Origin: Acidobacteriota bacterium
Lineage (GTDB): Bacteria > Acidobacteriota > Blastocatellia > HR10
Direction of reading: 5' to 3'
DNA: 64,000 bases
Assembly: GCA_030550025.1 (NCBI GenBank)
Contig: JAUQQC010000002.1
Span: 262,058 to 326,057 of the forward strand
In this document: piece after piece, positions 33,237 to 43,951 of the stretch
How positions within the stretch are numbered: position 1 is the first letter of the stretch
How the letters are laid out: each line of letters begins with the position of its first letter
The notes under the pieces: generated by a model
What the model saw: the letters and a program-made list of their open reading frames with translations, nothing else
The model's database searches: none
What the model was told of the DNA's origin: nothing
Program-made: the position numbers and the translations under genes

Positions 33237-36001
33237 GAGCATCCGGTCGTCCCGCCGCAATTGAAGCAGCGGTAACATGAACCGTTGCGCACCATGATGG
33301 CCCCGCAGTCCGGGCACACGGGGGCATCGGCCTGGTTCATGTACGTGTCGCGCGCGCTCAGGGCTCCTTGTCGCTCCTCGGCACTAGAGGAGCGTTCCAC
33401 TTCGGCGGCGAGCCGCGCGCGCACCTGAGGCGTCAGCACACCCAGCTGCGCTTGCGTCTCCGCATCCAGGAATTGCGAGGCGAGCCAACGGAAGATGTAG
33501 TCCACGAGCGATTTCGCCACGCGAATCTCCGGATTGGTCGTCACCCCCGAGGGTTCGAAGCGCATGTGGCTGAACTTCCGCACGAGGACTTCCAGAGGAA
33601 CGCCGTACTGCAGGGCGATGGAGATCGCCGTCGCAAAAGCATCCATCAGGCCGGAGATCGTGCTCCCTTCCTTGGCGACGGTGACGAAGATCTCCCCGGG
33701 ACTGCCGTCCTCGTACATGCCTACGGTGATATAGCCATCGTGGATCGATCCATCTTGCGTCGTGATCGTGAAATGATGCGTGATCGCCCGGCGGGTATCG
33801 GGCAATCGGCGCCGAATCGGACGATGCGACGCTCCAGAGGCCGTCGCCTCCGCGACTTTTCTCTCATCGGCCTGGGACTGAACGCGCTCCCTCTCGCCCG
33901 TCGAGAGCGGCTGCGCGCGTTTGGACCCATCGCGATAAATGGCGATGGCCTTGAGTCCCATCTTCCAGGCGTCAATGAAGAGCCGTTCGATCTCCTCGAC
34001 CGTGATGTCGTGCGGGAGATTACACGTCTTGCTGATCGCTCCACTCAAGAAAGGCTGCACGGCGGCCATCATCCGCACATGGCCCATGTAATGAATCGAA
34101 CGCCGCCCATTGGCCGGACGAAAGGCGCAATCGAAGACCGGCAGGTGCTCCTCCTTAAGATGCGGGGCGCCTTCGATCGTCCCGCGCTCCTCCAGATACG
34201 CCATGATCTCGCGGATCTGCCCTTCCTCGTAACCCAATCGCCGAAGGGCGCGTGGGACCGTTTGGTTGACGATCTTGATGACGCCGCCGCCAACGAGCTT
34301 CTTGTATTTGACCAAGGCGATGTCGGGCTCGATCCCCGTCGTATCGCAGTCCATCATGAACGAGATCGTCCCCGTTGGAGCGAGCACGGTCACCTGCGCA
34401 TTGCGATACCCGTAGAGTTCGCCCAGGCGAAGCGCTTCGTCCCAGACCTCCTCAGCCGCCGCCATCAAATCCGGAGGGATCAGTCGGCGGTCAATACGGG
34501 AGAGGCTCTCGCGATGCTTGCGCATGACGCGGAGCATGGGATCGCGATTGATTGCGAAACCAGCGAAGGGACCCATACGCTCGGCGATCAGCGCCGAGGT
34601 CAGATAGGCCTGTCCAGTCATCAAGGCCGTGATCGCTGCCGCATACGCCCGCCCCTCCTCGGAATCGTACGGGAGGCCGCGCGACATGAGGAGGGCGCCG
34701 AGATTGGCATAGCCCAAGCCGAGTTGCCGAAAGGCGATGGCATTGTGCGCGATCTTCGGCGTCGGGTAGCTCGAATTCCCGACGATGATCTCCTGCGCCA
34801 AGATCATGACCGAAACGGCGTGCCGAAATGCCTCGATATCGAACTCGCCATCCGGGCGGAGGAATCTCATCAGGTTGAGCGAGGCTAAGTTACAGGCGCT
34901 GTCGTCCAAGTGCATGTACTCCGAGCACGGGTTACTGGCATTGATTCGCCCGCTGTTCGGACAGGTGTGCCAGTCATTGATCGTCGTATCGAACTGCATT
35001 CCCGGATCGCCGCACTCCCAAGCCGCTTGCGCGATCTGGTGCAGGATCTCACGCGCGCGCAGCACCTCCACGACTTCTCCGGTCGTGACGGCGCGCAACG
35101 GCCATTCGCGATCCTCGAGCACCGCGCGCATGAACTCGTCCGTCACGCGGACGGAGTTGTTGGCGTTCTGATACTGGATCGAGATCCAACCTTCGGAATC
35201 GAGGGAAGACATGTCGTATCCCGCTTCAGCGAGCGCGTAGGCCTTCCGCTCTTCCTTCGCCTTGCACCAGATGAATTCGAGGATGTCGGGGTGATCCACA
35301 TTGAGCACGACCATCTTGGCCGCGCGCCGCGTCTTCCCCCCACTTTTGATCGTCCCGGCGATAGCGTCCGCACCGCGCATGAAGGAGACGGGGCCCGACG
35401 CCCTCCCCCCTTTGGAGAGGTACTCCTTCGAGGAGCGGAGCTTCGAGAGATTGATCCCCGATCCCGATCCGCCTTGGAAGATCTTGCCCTCGGTCTTGTA
35501 CCACTCCAGGATGGAATCCATGCTGTCCTCAATGGAAAGGATGAAGCAGGCCGAGCATTGCGGATGGGGCTCGACGCCCACGTTGAACCACACGGGGCTA
35601 TTGAACGAGGCCATTTGATGCAACAGGAGATAGGTCAGCTCAGCGCGGAAGGTCTCGGCAATCTCAAGAGCGGTGAAATAGCCGCCTTTGATCCCCCATT
35701 CTGTGAGCGTGTTGACGACGCGTCCAATCAATTGGCGTACGCTGGACTCTCGCTCGGGGGAGCCGAGCCGTCCGCGAAAATATTTCTGCGCGACGATGTC
35801 GGTCGCCAGCTGCGACCAGAAGGCCGGGAATTCCACATCCGTTTGTTCGAAGACGACCGAGCCATCGCTGCCGAGGATACGCGCCGTCCGTCGCTCCCAC
35901 GGGACTTCGTCGAAAGGATGTATGCCCGGACGCGTGAAGAACCGTTGGATCAGAGCACGATCGCCGAAGGACACAGGACTGATCTCTTCTCGCTTCTGCA
36001 T
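33233..36001 (-). CDS. nrdJ: Class II (adenosylcobalamin-dependent) ribonucleotide reductase with TSCPD domain and C-terminal CxxC..CxxC
   Basis: FNSPVWFN, QCSACFI, RRAAKM, SNPCSEY, APTGTI, GAISKT, YRDGSK, CPDCG..RNGSCY.CFNCG. Confidence 0.96.
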   Translation of the reverse strand: MQKREEISPVSFGDRALIQRFFTRPGIHPFDEVPWERRTARILGSDGSVVFEQTDVEFPAFWSQLATDIVAQKYFRGRLGSPERESSVRQLIGRVVNTLTEWGIKGGYFTALEIAETFRAELTYLLLHQMASFNSPVWFNVGVEPHPQCSACFILSIEDSMDSILEWYKTEGKIFQGGSGSGINLSKLRSSKEYLSKGGRASGPVSFMRGADAIAGTIKSGGKTRRAAKMVVLNVDHPDILEFIWCKAKEERKAYALAEAGYDMSSLDSEGWISIQYQNANNSVRVTDEFMRAVLEDREWPLRAVTTGEVVEVLRAREILHQIAQAAWECGDPGMQFDTTINDWHTCPNSGRINASNPCSEYMHLDDSACNLASLNLMRFLRPDGEFDIEAFRHAVSVMILAQEIIVGNSSYPTPKIAHNAIAFRQLGLGYANLGALLMSRGLPYDSEEGRAYAAAITALMTGQAYLTSALIAERMGPFAGFAINRDPMLRVMRKHRESLSRIDRRLIPPDLMAAAEEVWDEALRLGELYGYRNAQVTVLAPTGTISFMMDCDTTGIEPDIALVKYKKLVGGGVIKIVNQTVPRALRRLGYEEGQIREIMAYLEERGTIEGAPHLKEEHLPVFDCAFRPANGRRSIHYMGHVRMMAAVQPFLSGAISKTCNLPHDITVEEIERLFIDAWKMGLKAIAIYRDGSKRAQPLSTGERERVQSQADERKVAEATASGASHRPIRRRLPDTRRAITHHFTITTQDGSIHDGYITVGMYEDGSPGEIFVTVAKEGSTISGLMDAFATAISIALQYGVPLEVLVRKFSHMRFEPSGVTTNPEIRVAKSLVDYIFRWLASQFLDAETQAQLGVLTPQVRARLAAEVERSSSAEERQGALSARDTYMNQADAPVCPDCGAIMVRNGSCYRCFNCGGTTGCS

Positions 36002-36180
36002 AGGTCGTCCTCCTTACGTTGAGCGTATCTTCGCACCGCGGCCACCTGGCGCGCCCGAGGGCTCCCTCGCCCTCACCTCCGACTCCGGGGCTCTCACGGG
36101 AAAAAGCCCCCTCTTGATTTCACGCGCTCTCTTTGGCTGCGGCGACGCCGGTCGAACCGCTCACCAGCGTGACGGCCCCT

Positions 36181-36235
36181 AGTGTATGCACAATATGCTG
36201 GCTTGTCAAGAGAAAAGATCACAAGATATTGTGGT
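36181..36235 (-). promoter_or_regulatory. nrdJ promoter with tandem NrdR boxes
   Basis: TTGACA(36209-36204)-17-TACACT(36186-36181); CACAATATGCTGG at 36189 and CACAAGATATTGTG at 36220, 31 bp apart as usual for NrdR pairs. Confidence 0.85.
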
Positions 36236-36373
36236 CTTGGCTAAGCGGCGCCGTCTCAAGGACATGCCCTCTTTGGCCGGCCTGTCGGCGTGGAGGCCCT
36301 CGATCGGCTTTACCGGGACTTGGGAGATCTGTCAGACTAAACCTTGGTTCTTCCGACGCTTGGAGCCTCGGGG

Positions 36374-38593
36374 ATGATGTGGCGGCTTTACGCAGCGGCG
36401 TTTGAGTTGTTGGAAAGCGCGTCCTCCACAGTGGGGCGCTCGCCACGGGCCACGCGCGGGTGGACGCTCAACGAGCTGGTACGACGGCTCTCCGCGAGCT
36501 TTCCCATGGCCCGGAAGCGCGAGATCGTCCGCCTCGTGCGGGAATTGGTGGCGTTGGGTGTGCTTCGTCGGCGAGGACGGCGGTACGTTCGCGTCCCGCA
36601 CGTCGCCTTTGTGGTCGGGACGTTGAAGCGGCCGCGGCGTGGATTGAGCCTCGTGACGCCGGAGGGGGAGATCGCCCAACGGAAGTACGGAGAGGTTCGC
36701 GTGCGCGAGTCGCAGGTGGGGACGGCCGGGCATGGAGATCGTGTGCTCGTGCGTGTCCTCGGGAGAAGTTCAAAGGGGGCATCCGAAGGGGTGTGGGAAG
36801 GGCGGGTCGAGAGAGTGCTCGAGCGCGTTCATGTGCTTGTGGTCGGCCGCTTCATGCGAACCCCCTACGTGGGGTACGTCATCCCCTTGGATGAACGATT
36901 CCCGTACGAGATCGAAGTGGCGCCGGAGGATTCCTTGGACGCCGAAGAGGGGCAGATCGTCGTCGTCGAACTGCTTCGTCCTTCTGCAGCGCATCATCCA
37001 CCGGTTGGACGGGTCATCGAAGTCCTCGGTCGAGATGGCGATCCTGGGCTGGATGAGGAGATCGTCATCCACAAGTATCGGTTGCCCGTTCGCTTCTCGG
37101 AGGCGGCGCGGCGCGAAGCCGCTGCGCTGCTTCCCATCGAGGGGGATGCGCATAAGCGGCGGGATCTCCGCGGATGGCTGACTGTGACCATTGATGGCGA
37201 ATCCGCCCGCGATTTCGACGATGCGGTGAGCATCGAGCGTCTGCCGGACGGCTCGTATGTGTTAGGCGTTCACATCGCCGACGTGAGCCATTACGTGCTG
37301 GAGGGGAGCGCGCTCGATGCGGAGGCGTATGAGCGCGGCACATCCGTGTATTTCCCGGAGCGCGTCCTGCCGATGCTACCGGAGGCGCTCTCGGAGGACC
37401 TCTGCTCGCTCAAGCCTGGAGTGGATCGCCTCGCGCTCTCCGTCCTGATGAAGCTCGATCGGCGTGGGGAGCTTCTCGCCTACGAGTTATGCGAGAGCGT
37501 AATTCGGAGTCGAGCCCGGTTGACCTATACCTTCGTCAACGAGGCGCTCGCCGGACGCGCCCGATCCCTTTCGGGCGTCGTCTCCATGCTCGATGAAGAC
37601 CTCCTCCCACGTCTTCTCGGCGCGCTGAGGGCGATGGCCGAACTCGCGCCAATCCTCATCGCGCGACGTCAGGAGCGCGGAGCCATCGACTTCGATCTCC
37701 CGGAGCCGGTCGTGCTCTTCGACGACGAAGGGCGAATCGGCGGGATCGTGCGCGCGGAGCGAAACCTCGCGCATCGCATGATCGAGGAGTTCATGATCCT
37801 AGCGAATGAGACGGTCGCGCGGCACCTCACCGAGCGCAACGTGCCGATGATCTATCGCGTGCACGAGCCTCCGGAGGAAGAGCGCGTGAGGGAATTCCTA
37901 GCCTTGGTGAGAGCACTTGGGGTCTCGATCCCGCGCCGTGGCCTTCGCGAAGCGCGGGATTTTCAACAGCTCGTCCGTCAATTCGCCGGTCGGCGTGAAG
38001 GCGGTGTCCTTTCGCTCCTGCTCTTACGCTCGTTCCGACCGGCCGTCTACACGACGGTGAATCGAGGCCATTTCGGACTGGCGCTAGAATGTTATACGCA
38101 CTTCACGTCGCCCATCCGCCGCTATCCGGATGTGATCGTCCATCGCGCGCTGCGCCGCCTCCTTCGCCGGCCGCGATCCGCGCCTCGAGTGAGGGGGACC
38201 AAGACCTTGGAGCGAATCGCCGAGCATTGCACCGAGCGCGAGCGGCTGGCCGATGAGGCCGAACGCGAGGTCATCGCCTGGAAGCGCGCCCGCTTCATGG
38301 CCGAACGCATTGGTCAAGAGTACGAAGGACTCATCGTCGGCGTGAAGGACTATGGGTTTTACGTGGAGCTGGAAGACGTCTTCGTGGAGGGCTTGGTGCA
38401 TATCTCGACGCTCACGGACGATTGGTATGTCTTCGACCCGCAGCGGCACGCGCTCATTGGAAGGCATCGGCGGCGACAGTTCCGCTTGGGAGATATCGTC
38501 CGCGTGCGCGTCGCGCGCGTGGATGTGGATCATCGTTTGGTGGAATTCGTCCTCGTGGGCTTGCCGGAGCCGAGACGACGGAGGTCCTCATGA
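36374..38593 (+). CDS. rnr: Ribonuclease R
   Basis: Cold-shock domains, TIDG..ARDFDDA, HIADVS, RGTSVY, IEEFM..ANE, HFGL....Y.HFTSPIRRYPD, S1 domain; start uncertain. Confidence 0.92.
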   Translation: MMWRLYAAAFELLESASSTVGRSPRATRGWTLNELVRRLSASFPMARKREIVRLVRELVALGVLRRRGRRYVRVPHVAFVVGTLKRPRRGLSLVTPEGEIAQRKYGEVRVRESQVGTAGHGDRVLVRVLGRSSKGASEGVWEGRVERVLERVHVLVVGRFMRTPYVGYVIPLDERFPYEIEVAPEDSLDAEEGQIVVVELLRPSAAHHPPVGRVIEVLGRDGDPGLDEEIVIHKYRLPVRFSEAARREAAALLPIEGDAHKRRDLRGWLTVTIDGESARDFDDAVSIERLPDGSYVLGVHIADVSHYVLEGSALDAEAYERGTSVYFPERVLPMLPEALSEDLCSLKPGVDRLALSVLMKLDRRGELLAYELCESVIRSRARLTYTFVNEALAGRARSLSGVVSMLDEDLLPRLLGALRAMAELAPILIARRQERGAIDFDLPEPVVLFDDEGRIGGIVRAERNLAHRMIEEFMILANETVARHLTERNVPMIYRVHEPPEEERVREFLALVRALGVSIPRRGLREARDFQQLVRQFAGRREGGVLSLLLLRSFRPAVYTTVNRGHFGLALECYTHFTSPIRRYPDVIVHRALRRLLRRPRSAPRVRGTKTLERIAEHCTERERLADEAEREVIAWKRARFMAERIGQEYEGLIVGVKDYGFYVELEDVFVEGLVHISTLTDDWYVFDPQRHALIGRHRRRQFRLGDIVRVRVARVDVDHRLVEFVLVGLPEPRRRRSS

Positions 38594-39165
38594 GCCGGAG
38601 GCGAGAGCGCGCTATGTCGAAAGGTTCGGCGATCGCTGCTGAGGAGCGAGCGCCACGCGCTCGAAAGCCATCGCGGGAGCCCGCTTCGCGGAAGGATTCT
38701 GCCCTTCGGGTCTTCGCCGTTCGATGGCTCCCCGCACTGTTGTGGACTGGCGTGGTGTTGGGCTTTTCGTCGGAGGCATTTGCGGCGACGCAGACATCGC
38801 GCCTATTGTTGCCGCTGTTGCGCTGGATGCTCCCTGCGGCTGATCCCGAGGTGCTCGATGCGCTTCATCTGGGGATCCGCAAGCTCGCTCATGCGGTCGA
38901 GTACGCGATCCTGGCGGCGCTCTTCATCCGCGCCTGGAGCGGACGATTGGGCATCGAAGGTGCTCGCGACGTCGGGCGCACGCTGCTGTTGGTCGCCGTC
39001 GTGGCTGCTGTGGATGAATATCGGCAGAGCCTCTCGACGATGCGGACCGGTTCGCTCCGCGATTGGGGAATAGATCTCGGAGGCGCGCTCTTGCTCATCG
39101 TCGTCCTGTGGATGTGGGGGCGAGCGACCGGGACGCCGCGTGGTGGAAGGAGCGAACGGAGTTGA
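38590..39165 (+). CDS. VanZ-family membrane protein
   Basis: WLPA..W, RKLAH..EY, DE..QS....RTG...D...D. Confidence 0.85.
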   Translation: MSRRRERAMSKGSAIAAEERAPRARKPSREPASRKDSALRVFAVRWLPALLWTGVVLGFSSEAFAATQTSRLLLPLLRWMLPAADPEVLDALHLGIRKLAHAVEYAILAALFIRAWSGRLGIEGARDVGRTLLLVAVVAAVDEYRQSLSTMRTGSLRDWGIDLGGALLLIVVLWMWGRATGTPRGGRSERS

Positions 39166-39295
39166 CCTATAATGAAGCCGTGCAGATCGGAAGAAGAACG
39201 AGCGCCTCAAACGGCACCCCAGGCCTTGCGGGATGGGGATCGCGCCTTGCGTGTACCGCGCTCGTAGTGAGCGATGGGCCTTCGAGAGGGGGACG

Positions 39296-40072
39296 ATGAC
39301 GCTCGAGTTGCGCGAGATCAATGAGATGCAAACGGACAAATGGGTCCGGGATTCGACGCGGCGTCAAATCCTCGATCTGCTCAAGCGGCGCGGCCGCGCG
39401 ACGGTCGAGGAGATGGCGGCGGCATTGAACATCACGCCGATGGGCGTGCGGCGCCATTTGCTGGCTTTGGAGAACGCCGATCTGGTGCGGATTGAGATCG
39501 AGCGTCGTCCGATGGGGCGCCCGACCTACGTCTATAAGCTCACGGAAGAGGCGGAGGCGCTCTTCCCGAAAGGGTATCATCAGCTCGTCCTGAACCTGCT
39601 CGAATGCCTCGCCGCCCGTGAAGGGATGGGGCGTGTGGACGAGCTGTTCGAGCACCGCAAGGAACGATTGATCGCCACGTATGCGCCGCGCCTTGAGGGG
39701 AAGACGCTCGAAGAGCGCGTGGCCGAGATCGCGCGCATCATGAGCGAGAACGGCTACATGGCGCGTTGGCAGAAGACGGAGAGAGGGTACGTGCTCACCG
39801 AGCACAACTGCGCCCTCTATCACGTCGCGCGCGTCTATCCGCAACCGTGTCAGACGGAGTTGGCCTTCCTTCGGGAACTGCTCGGCGTCGAAGTGACGCG
39901 TATCAATCACATCGCTAGCGGGGGGACCTGTTGCTCGTACGTCATCCACGAATCGGCTCCGATCCCCTTACGTCGGAGGTCGGCGCCTTCGGAGGGCGAG
40001 CGTCGGCGCGAGGCGTCTGAGGCTCGCCAGCGTCGGGCTGCTTCCTCTAAGGCGAAACGTCGTTCTCGGTGA
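39296..40072 (+). CDS. SufR-like winged-HTH transcriptional regulator
   Basis: TR..IL..LK, VRRHL..LE, GRP...Y.LT, FP..Y, HNC, C..E, C.Y. Confidence 0.8.
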   Translation: MTLELREINEMQTDKWVRDSTRRQILDLLKRRGRATVEEMAAALNITPMGVRRHLLALENADLVRIEIERRPMGRPTYVYKLTEEAEALFPKGYHQLVLNLLECLAAREGMGRVDELFEHRKERLIATYAPRLEGKTLEERVAEIARIMSENGYMARWQKTERGYVLTEHNCALYHVARVYPQPCQTELAFLRELLGVEVTRINHIASGGTCCSYVIHESAPIPLRRRSAPSEGERRREASEARQRRAASSKAKRRSR

Positions 40073-41291
40073 GGAGCGCAGTGATCTGATGGCGCGCGCG
40101 TTCGGCGATGGTCTCCCAGCTATACTCGCGTCGGGCGCGCTCGTATCCACCGCGGGCCAGCCGTTGACGTGCGGCCGTGTCGCGCAGCAGATGGATGACG
40201 GCCTGTGCGAACTCGTTCGGAGCATCGGCGATCCACACCTCTTCGCCGTGCGCGGCGCGAATCCCCTCAGCCCCTTTGCTCGTGGAGACGACGGCGATCC
40301 CATGAGCCCACGCATCGAGGATTTTCATCCGCGTCCCCCCTCCGTGGAGCAAGGGGACGACCATGAGCGCCCATTGTCGAAGGCATGGGGTGATGTCCGA
40401 TACCTCGCCGACTACGAGCAGATGCGCATCGGCGCGCGCGCGCCGCAACAGCCAGGTGCTCGGTCGCCCGATGACCATCAGGCGCACGTCCGGCACGGCC
40501 TCTCGAATCGCGGGCCAGATGCGATCCAGGAAGAACCGCATCCCGCTCTCATTCGGGGGATAGTTCAAGGAGCCGAGGAAACCGAGGATCGGAGGTCCGG
40601 TCGCGTTCTCAGAGAGGGCTTCTCTTGGGAGGGGGATCGTCCCATTCGGGATCACCTGAACGCGAGCCGATGGCGCGAGAGCGCGAGCGCGCTCGGCATC
40701 GGTCTCAGAGACGACCCAGACCAGATCGGCGAGCCGCAGATACGTCCGCTCCTGCTCAAGCGCCGAGCGCCAGAAGCGATAGGCCGCCGGCTTGTGCCAG
40801 AACTTCGGCGGATGCTCGTAATACTGGCGCCAGAGATCGGATTCGATATTGTGACAATCGAGGATGATCCGAGCTCGCGGCTGCATCTCCCGCACCAGCG
40901 GGATATAATGCGCGATCCAGGAATGTTCCAGGACGACGATGTCATAGGTCTCGTGGTGGAGGCTGCGCTCCACGGCCGCGCGCACGGAGGCTTCGGAGAA
41001 GCGATCGATCAAGGGATTGACCCCTTGCGCGACGCGTCGGAGATTCCGAGCGAGGAAGGGGAGGAGTCGTCGCGGGTGCTCAGGCAGGCGAACGATGTGC
41101 ACGTATCGACACATCGCCTGCACAAGTCGCGACGCTTCGGCCTCCGGGCACTCGGAGAACGTGATCAAGTCCACCATGCCGAGGCGAGCGAGGGCCTCGA
41201 GCAGATGAAACGTCCGCTTCTTCCCTCCGCTGGTCGGCGGAGCGGGGAATTCCGGCGAGATCAAGGCGAGGCGAATGGCATCGCTTCCCAT
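40047..41291 (-). CDS. Glycosyltransferase family 4
   Basis: P.PPTSGG..R, IPNG, G.LNY.PN, PL..GGGTR.KILDA. Confidence 0.9.
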   Translation of the reverse strand: MGSDAIRLALISPEFPAPPTSGGKKRTFHLLEALARLGMVDLITFSECPEAEASRLVQAMCRYVHIVRLPEHPRRLLPFLARNLRRVAQGVNPLIDRFSEASVRAAVERSLHHETYDIVVLEHSWIAHYIPLVREMQPRARIILDCHNIESDLWRQYYEHPPKFWHKPAAYRFWRSALEQERTYLRLADLVWVVSETDAERARALAPSARVQVIPNGTIPLPREALSENATGPPILGFLGSLNYPPNESGMRFFLDRIWPAIREAVPDVRLMVIGRPSTWLLRRARADAHLLVVGEVSDITPCLRQWALMVVPLLHGGGTRMKILDAWAHGIAVVSTSKGAEGIRAAHGEEVWIADAPNEFAQAVIHLLRDTAARQRLARGGYERARREYSWETIAERARHQITALLTENDVSP

Positions 41292-41325
41292 CGTTTCGGT
41301 CGCCGCTTCAAAAGCGCGCACTCGG

Positions 41326-42264
41326 TCACTGCGTGCGGAGCAGCTCTTCGACCTCCGCGAGCGTCGGTAGACCGCCACGAGCACCCACGCCCCGACAGTT
41401 CAATCCGGCGACGGCGTTGGCGAAGCGCAGCGTCTCGGTGACGCTCATGCCCTTCAGGAGCCCGTAGATGAAGCCACCGCGGAAGGCATCCCCCGCACCC
41501 GTCGTATCCCGACACGGGACGCGAAAGGCCGGCGAGTGGATGAAGACGCCGTGGTAGTAAGCGATGGCACCCTGATCGCCGAGCGTGATGGCCACGAAAT
41601 GATTTTTGTACCGTTGCTTGAGCGTGCGCAGGGCTTCTTCCGGCTCGGTGATCCCCAGGAACCGCTTCGGGAATTCGGCCGACGTGATGAGATAATCCAC
41701 AAGCGGCAGCAATTCCTCGACATCCGGATAGAAGGTGTCCAGGTCAATGACGACGGGAATGCCATCCTCGCGAGCCCAGCGAGCGGCTTGAACGGCGGCG
41801 GCAACATCGTGGCCATCCAGGTGAAGGACGCGCCCTGAGGTGATCGCTTCGCGGTTCAACTCGTCCGGGCTCATGACCAGGCGGGGATCGCGCCCCCAGA
41901 TGATCGTCCGTTCGCCGCTCCGTTCATCAATGAGGATGAAGGCCAGTTGACTCGTGGCGCCTGGGACGATCTTCACCTGAGAGTGCTCCACGCCGGCCTC
42001 GGCGAGCGAATGCAGCTGCAGCCGTCCGAACTCATCATCGCCGACCTTCCCGATATATCGCGTGCGGCAGCCCAATCGCGCCAAGGCGACCATCGCCGTA
42101 GCCACTTGTCCGCCCGGACGCACGACGTGTTCGCGCAGTTGCACCTTCGTATTGAACGCCGGATACTGCGGGACGGTGATCAAATAATCCACGGCGTTCA
42201 GACCGAAGCCGACGGCGTCGAAGGGCTTGCCCTCAGGGAGCCGATGCTCGAAATCGTCATGCAT
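41326..42264 (-). CDS. PfkB-family carbohydrate kinase
   Basis: GG..A.A..ALARLG, G.VGDD..G, GERTI, DTTGAGDAF. Confidence 0.93.
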   Translation of the reverse strand: MHDDFEHRLPEGKPFDAVGFGLNAVDYLITVPQYPAFNTKVQLREHVVRPGGQVATAMVALARLGCRTRYIGKVGDDEFGRLQLHSLAEAGVEHSQVKIVPGATSQLAFILIDERSGERTIIWGRDPRLVMSPDELNREAITSGRVLHLDGHDVAAAVQAARWAREDGIPVVIDLDTFYPDVEELLPLVDYLITSAEFPKRFLGITEPEEALRTLKQRYKNHFVAITLGDQGAIAYYHGVFIHSPAFRVPCRDTTGAGDAFRGGFIYGLLKGMSVTETLRFANAVAGLNCRGVGARGGLPTLAEVEELLRTQ

Positions 42265-42274
42265 GGTATGCGCG

Positions 42275-43948
42275 TCACTCCAGTGAGGGGATATGGAAGG
42301 GCCCAATGTGCGGGCCGGGATTGTGCAGCGTCACGCGCAAGGCCAGGGCGAGGACGCGGCGCGTCTCCTCCGGCGCGATGATGGCGTCCACGAAGCCACG
42401 CGCGGCAGCGAACCGCGCATCGAGCGTGTGTTCGTACTCGGCATGCATGCGTTCGACGGCCGCGCGCAGCTCGTCGCTCATCTGTCCGGTCTCCTTCGCC
42501 TTCTCCAACTGCGGACCGAGCACGGCGTAGATGGCGGTATCGCCCTCCATTACGCCCATGCGCCCTGTGGGCCAAGTAAAGATGAAGTTGGGATCAAAGC
42601 CTTGACCGGCCATCGCATAATATCCGGCTCCGCTCGCGTGATTGATGGTGAGGACCAAACGAGGGACGGTCGCCGTCGCCATGGCTTCAACCATGCGTGC
42701 TCCGGCGCGGATGATCCCACTCTGTTCGGCCTCGGGCCCGACCATGAATCCGGAGACGTCCTGGATGAAGAGGATGGGCAGACCCTCGCGATTGCACGTC
42801 TCGATGAAATAGGCCGACTTCTCCGCACTTTCGGTATAGATGATGCCACCCAGGCGCGGCGGCCCCCCCTTCGGGTTCTTGATGAGTCCGCGCTGATTGG
42901 CCAAAAAGCCAACGGGGATGCCCTCGATGCGGGCATATCCGCAGATCATCTCGCGCGCGTAATCGGCTTGAAATTCTGTGATCTCCCCGGCATCGAACAA
43001 GCGCACGAGAATCTGATACATGTCGTAGGCTTGGCGGTGGTCGGCTGGTAAGATGTCGTAAATCTCCTCCGGAGGATGAAGTGGGGGACGCGGCTCGGCG
43101 ATCGGCAGCCGGGGAGACGGTGGGGAAGGCAACAGCGCCACCAGATCGCGAATCTTCGCCAGGCAGGATTCGTCGTCTTTGGTGCGATAGTGTGCGACGC
43201 CGCTCAATGCATTATGCGTCCACGCGCCGCCCAACGTCTCGCTATCCACGGTCTGACCGGTCGCGCCCTTGACCAGATTCGGCCCGCCGAGCCCCATGAA
43301 CGAGGTCTTCTCGACCATGAGGATCACGTCGCTCAAGGCGGGCAAGTACGCGCCCCCGGCGATACAGGGTCCCATGACGGCGGCGATCTGCGGGACCTTC
43401 AGATACCGACGCATGATCGAGTTGTAGTAGAAGATGCGCCCGGCTCCATATTGTCCGGGGAAGACACCGCTCTGATAGGGGAGATTGACGCCCGCCGAGT
43501 CCACCAAGTACACGATCGGGACGCGATTGCGCATGGCGATCTCTTGCATGCGCAGGATCTTCTTGATCGTCTCCGGCCACCACGCACCAGCTTTGACCGT
43601 CGCGTCATTGGCGACGAGGACAACCGGACGGCCATGGATCATCCCAATGCCGGTGACGACGCCAGCCGCAGGCGCTTCCCCTTCATACTGGTCATAGGCG
43701 ACCAAAAGCCCGATCTCCAAAAAGTCGGTGCCCGGATCCAGCAAGCGTTCGATCCGCTCGCGGGCCGTCAGCTTGCCTTGCCGATGCTGGCGAGCGATCT
43801 TCTCCGGCCCGCCGCCCAGACGCAAGCGGGCTTCTAACGCGCGCAGCTCTTCCACCCGCTGGCGTAATGTTCGCAGCTGAGCGCCCTGCCCCGGTTCATG
43901 CGCAAACGGCATCGACGAGGGATCGCTCCGACGCAAGCGTTCCGTCAT
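42275..43948 (-). CDS. Acyl-CoA carboxylase carboxyltransferase (beta) subunit, methylcrotonyl-CoA carboxylase-like
   Basis: GKLTARERI, ANDATVKAG, YLVDSAG.NL, CIAGGAY, GGP.LVK.ATG, QD..GFMVG. Confidence 0.9.
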   Translation of the reverse strand: MTERLRRSDPSSMPFAHEPGQGAQLRTLRQRVEELRALEARLRLGGGPEKIARQHRQGKLTARERIERLLDPGTDFLEIGLLVAYDQYEGEAPAAGVVTGIGMIHGRPVVLVANDATVKAGAWWPETIKKILRMQEIAMRNRVPIVYLVDSAGVNLPYQSGVFPGQYGAGRIFYYNSIMRRYLKVPQIAAVMGPCIAGGAYLPALSDVILMVEKTSFMGLGGPNLVKGATGQTVDSETLGGAWTHNALSGVAHYRTKDDESCLAKIRDLVALLPSPPSPRLPIAEPRPPLHPPEEIYDILPADHRQAYDMYQILVRLFDAGEITEFQADYAREMICGYARIEGIPVGFLANQRGLIKNPKGGPPRLGGIIYTESAEKSAYFIETCNREGLPILFIQDVSGFMVGPEAEQSGIIRAGARMVEAMATATVPRLVLTINHASGAGYYAMAGQGFDPNFIFTWPTGRMGVMEGDTAIYAVLGPQLEKAKETGQMSDELRAAVERMHAEYEHTLDARFAAARGFVDAIIAPEETRRVLALALRVTLHNPGPHIGPFHIPSLE

Positions 43949-43951
43949 AGG

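Noticed and set aside
33368..36022. Long antisense ORFs (506 aa and 370 aa here; also 40089-41441, 45761-47173, 47523-48908)
   Set aside because: Shadow frames of well-supported genes in GC-rich DNA, with no motifs of their own
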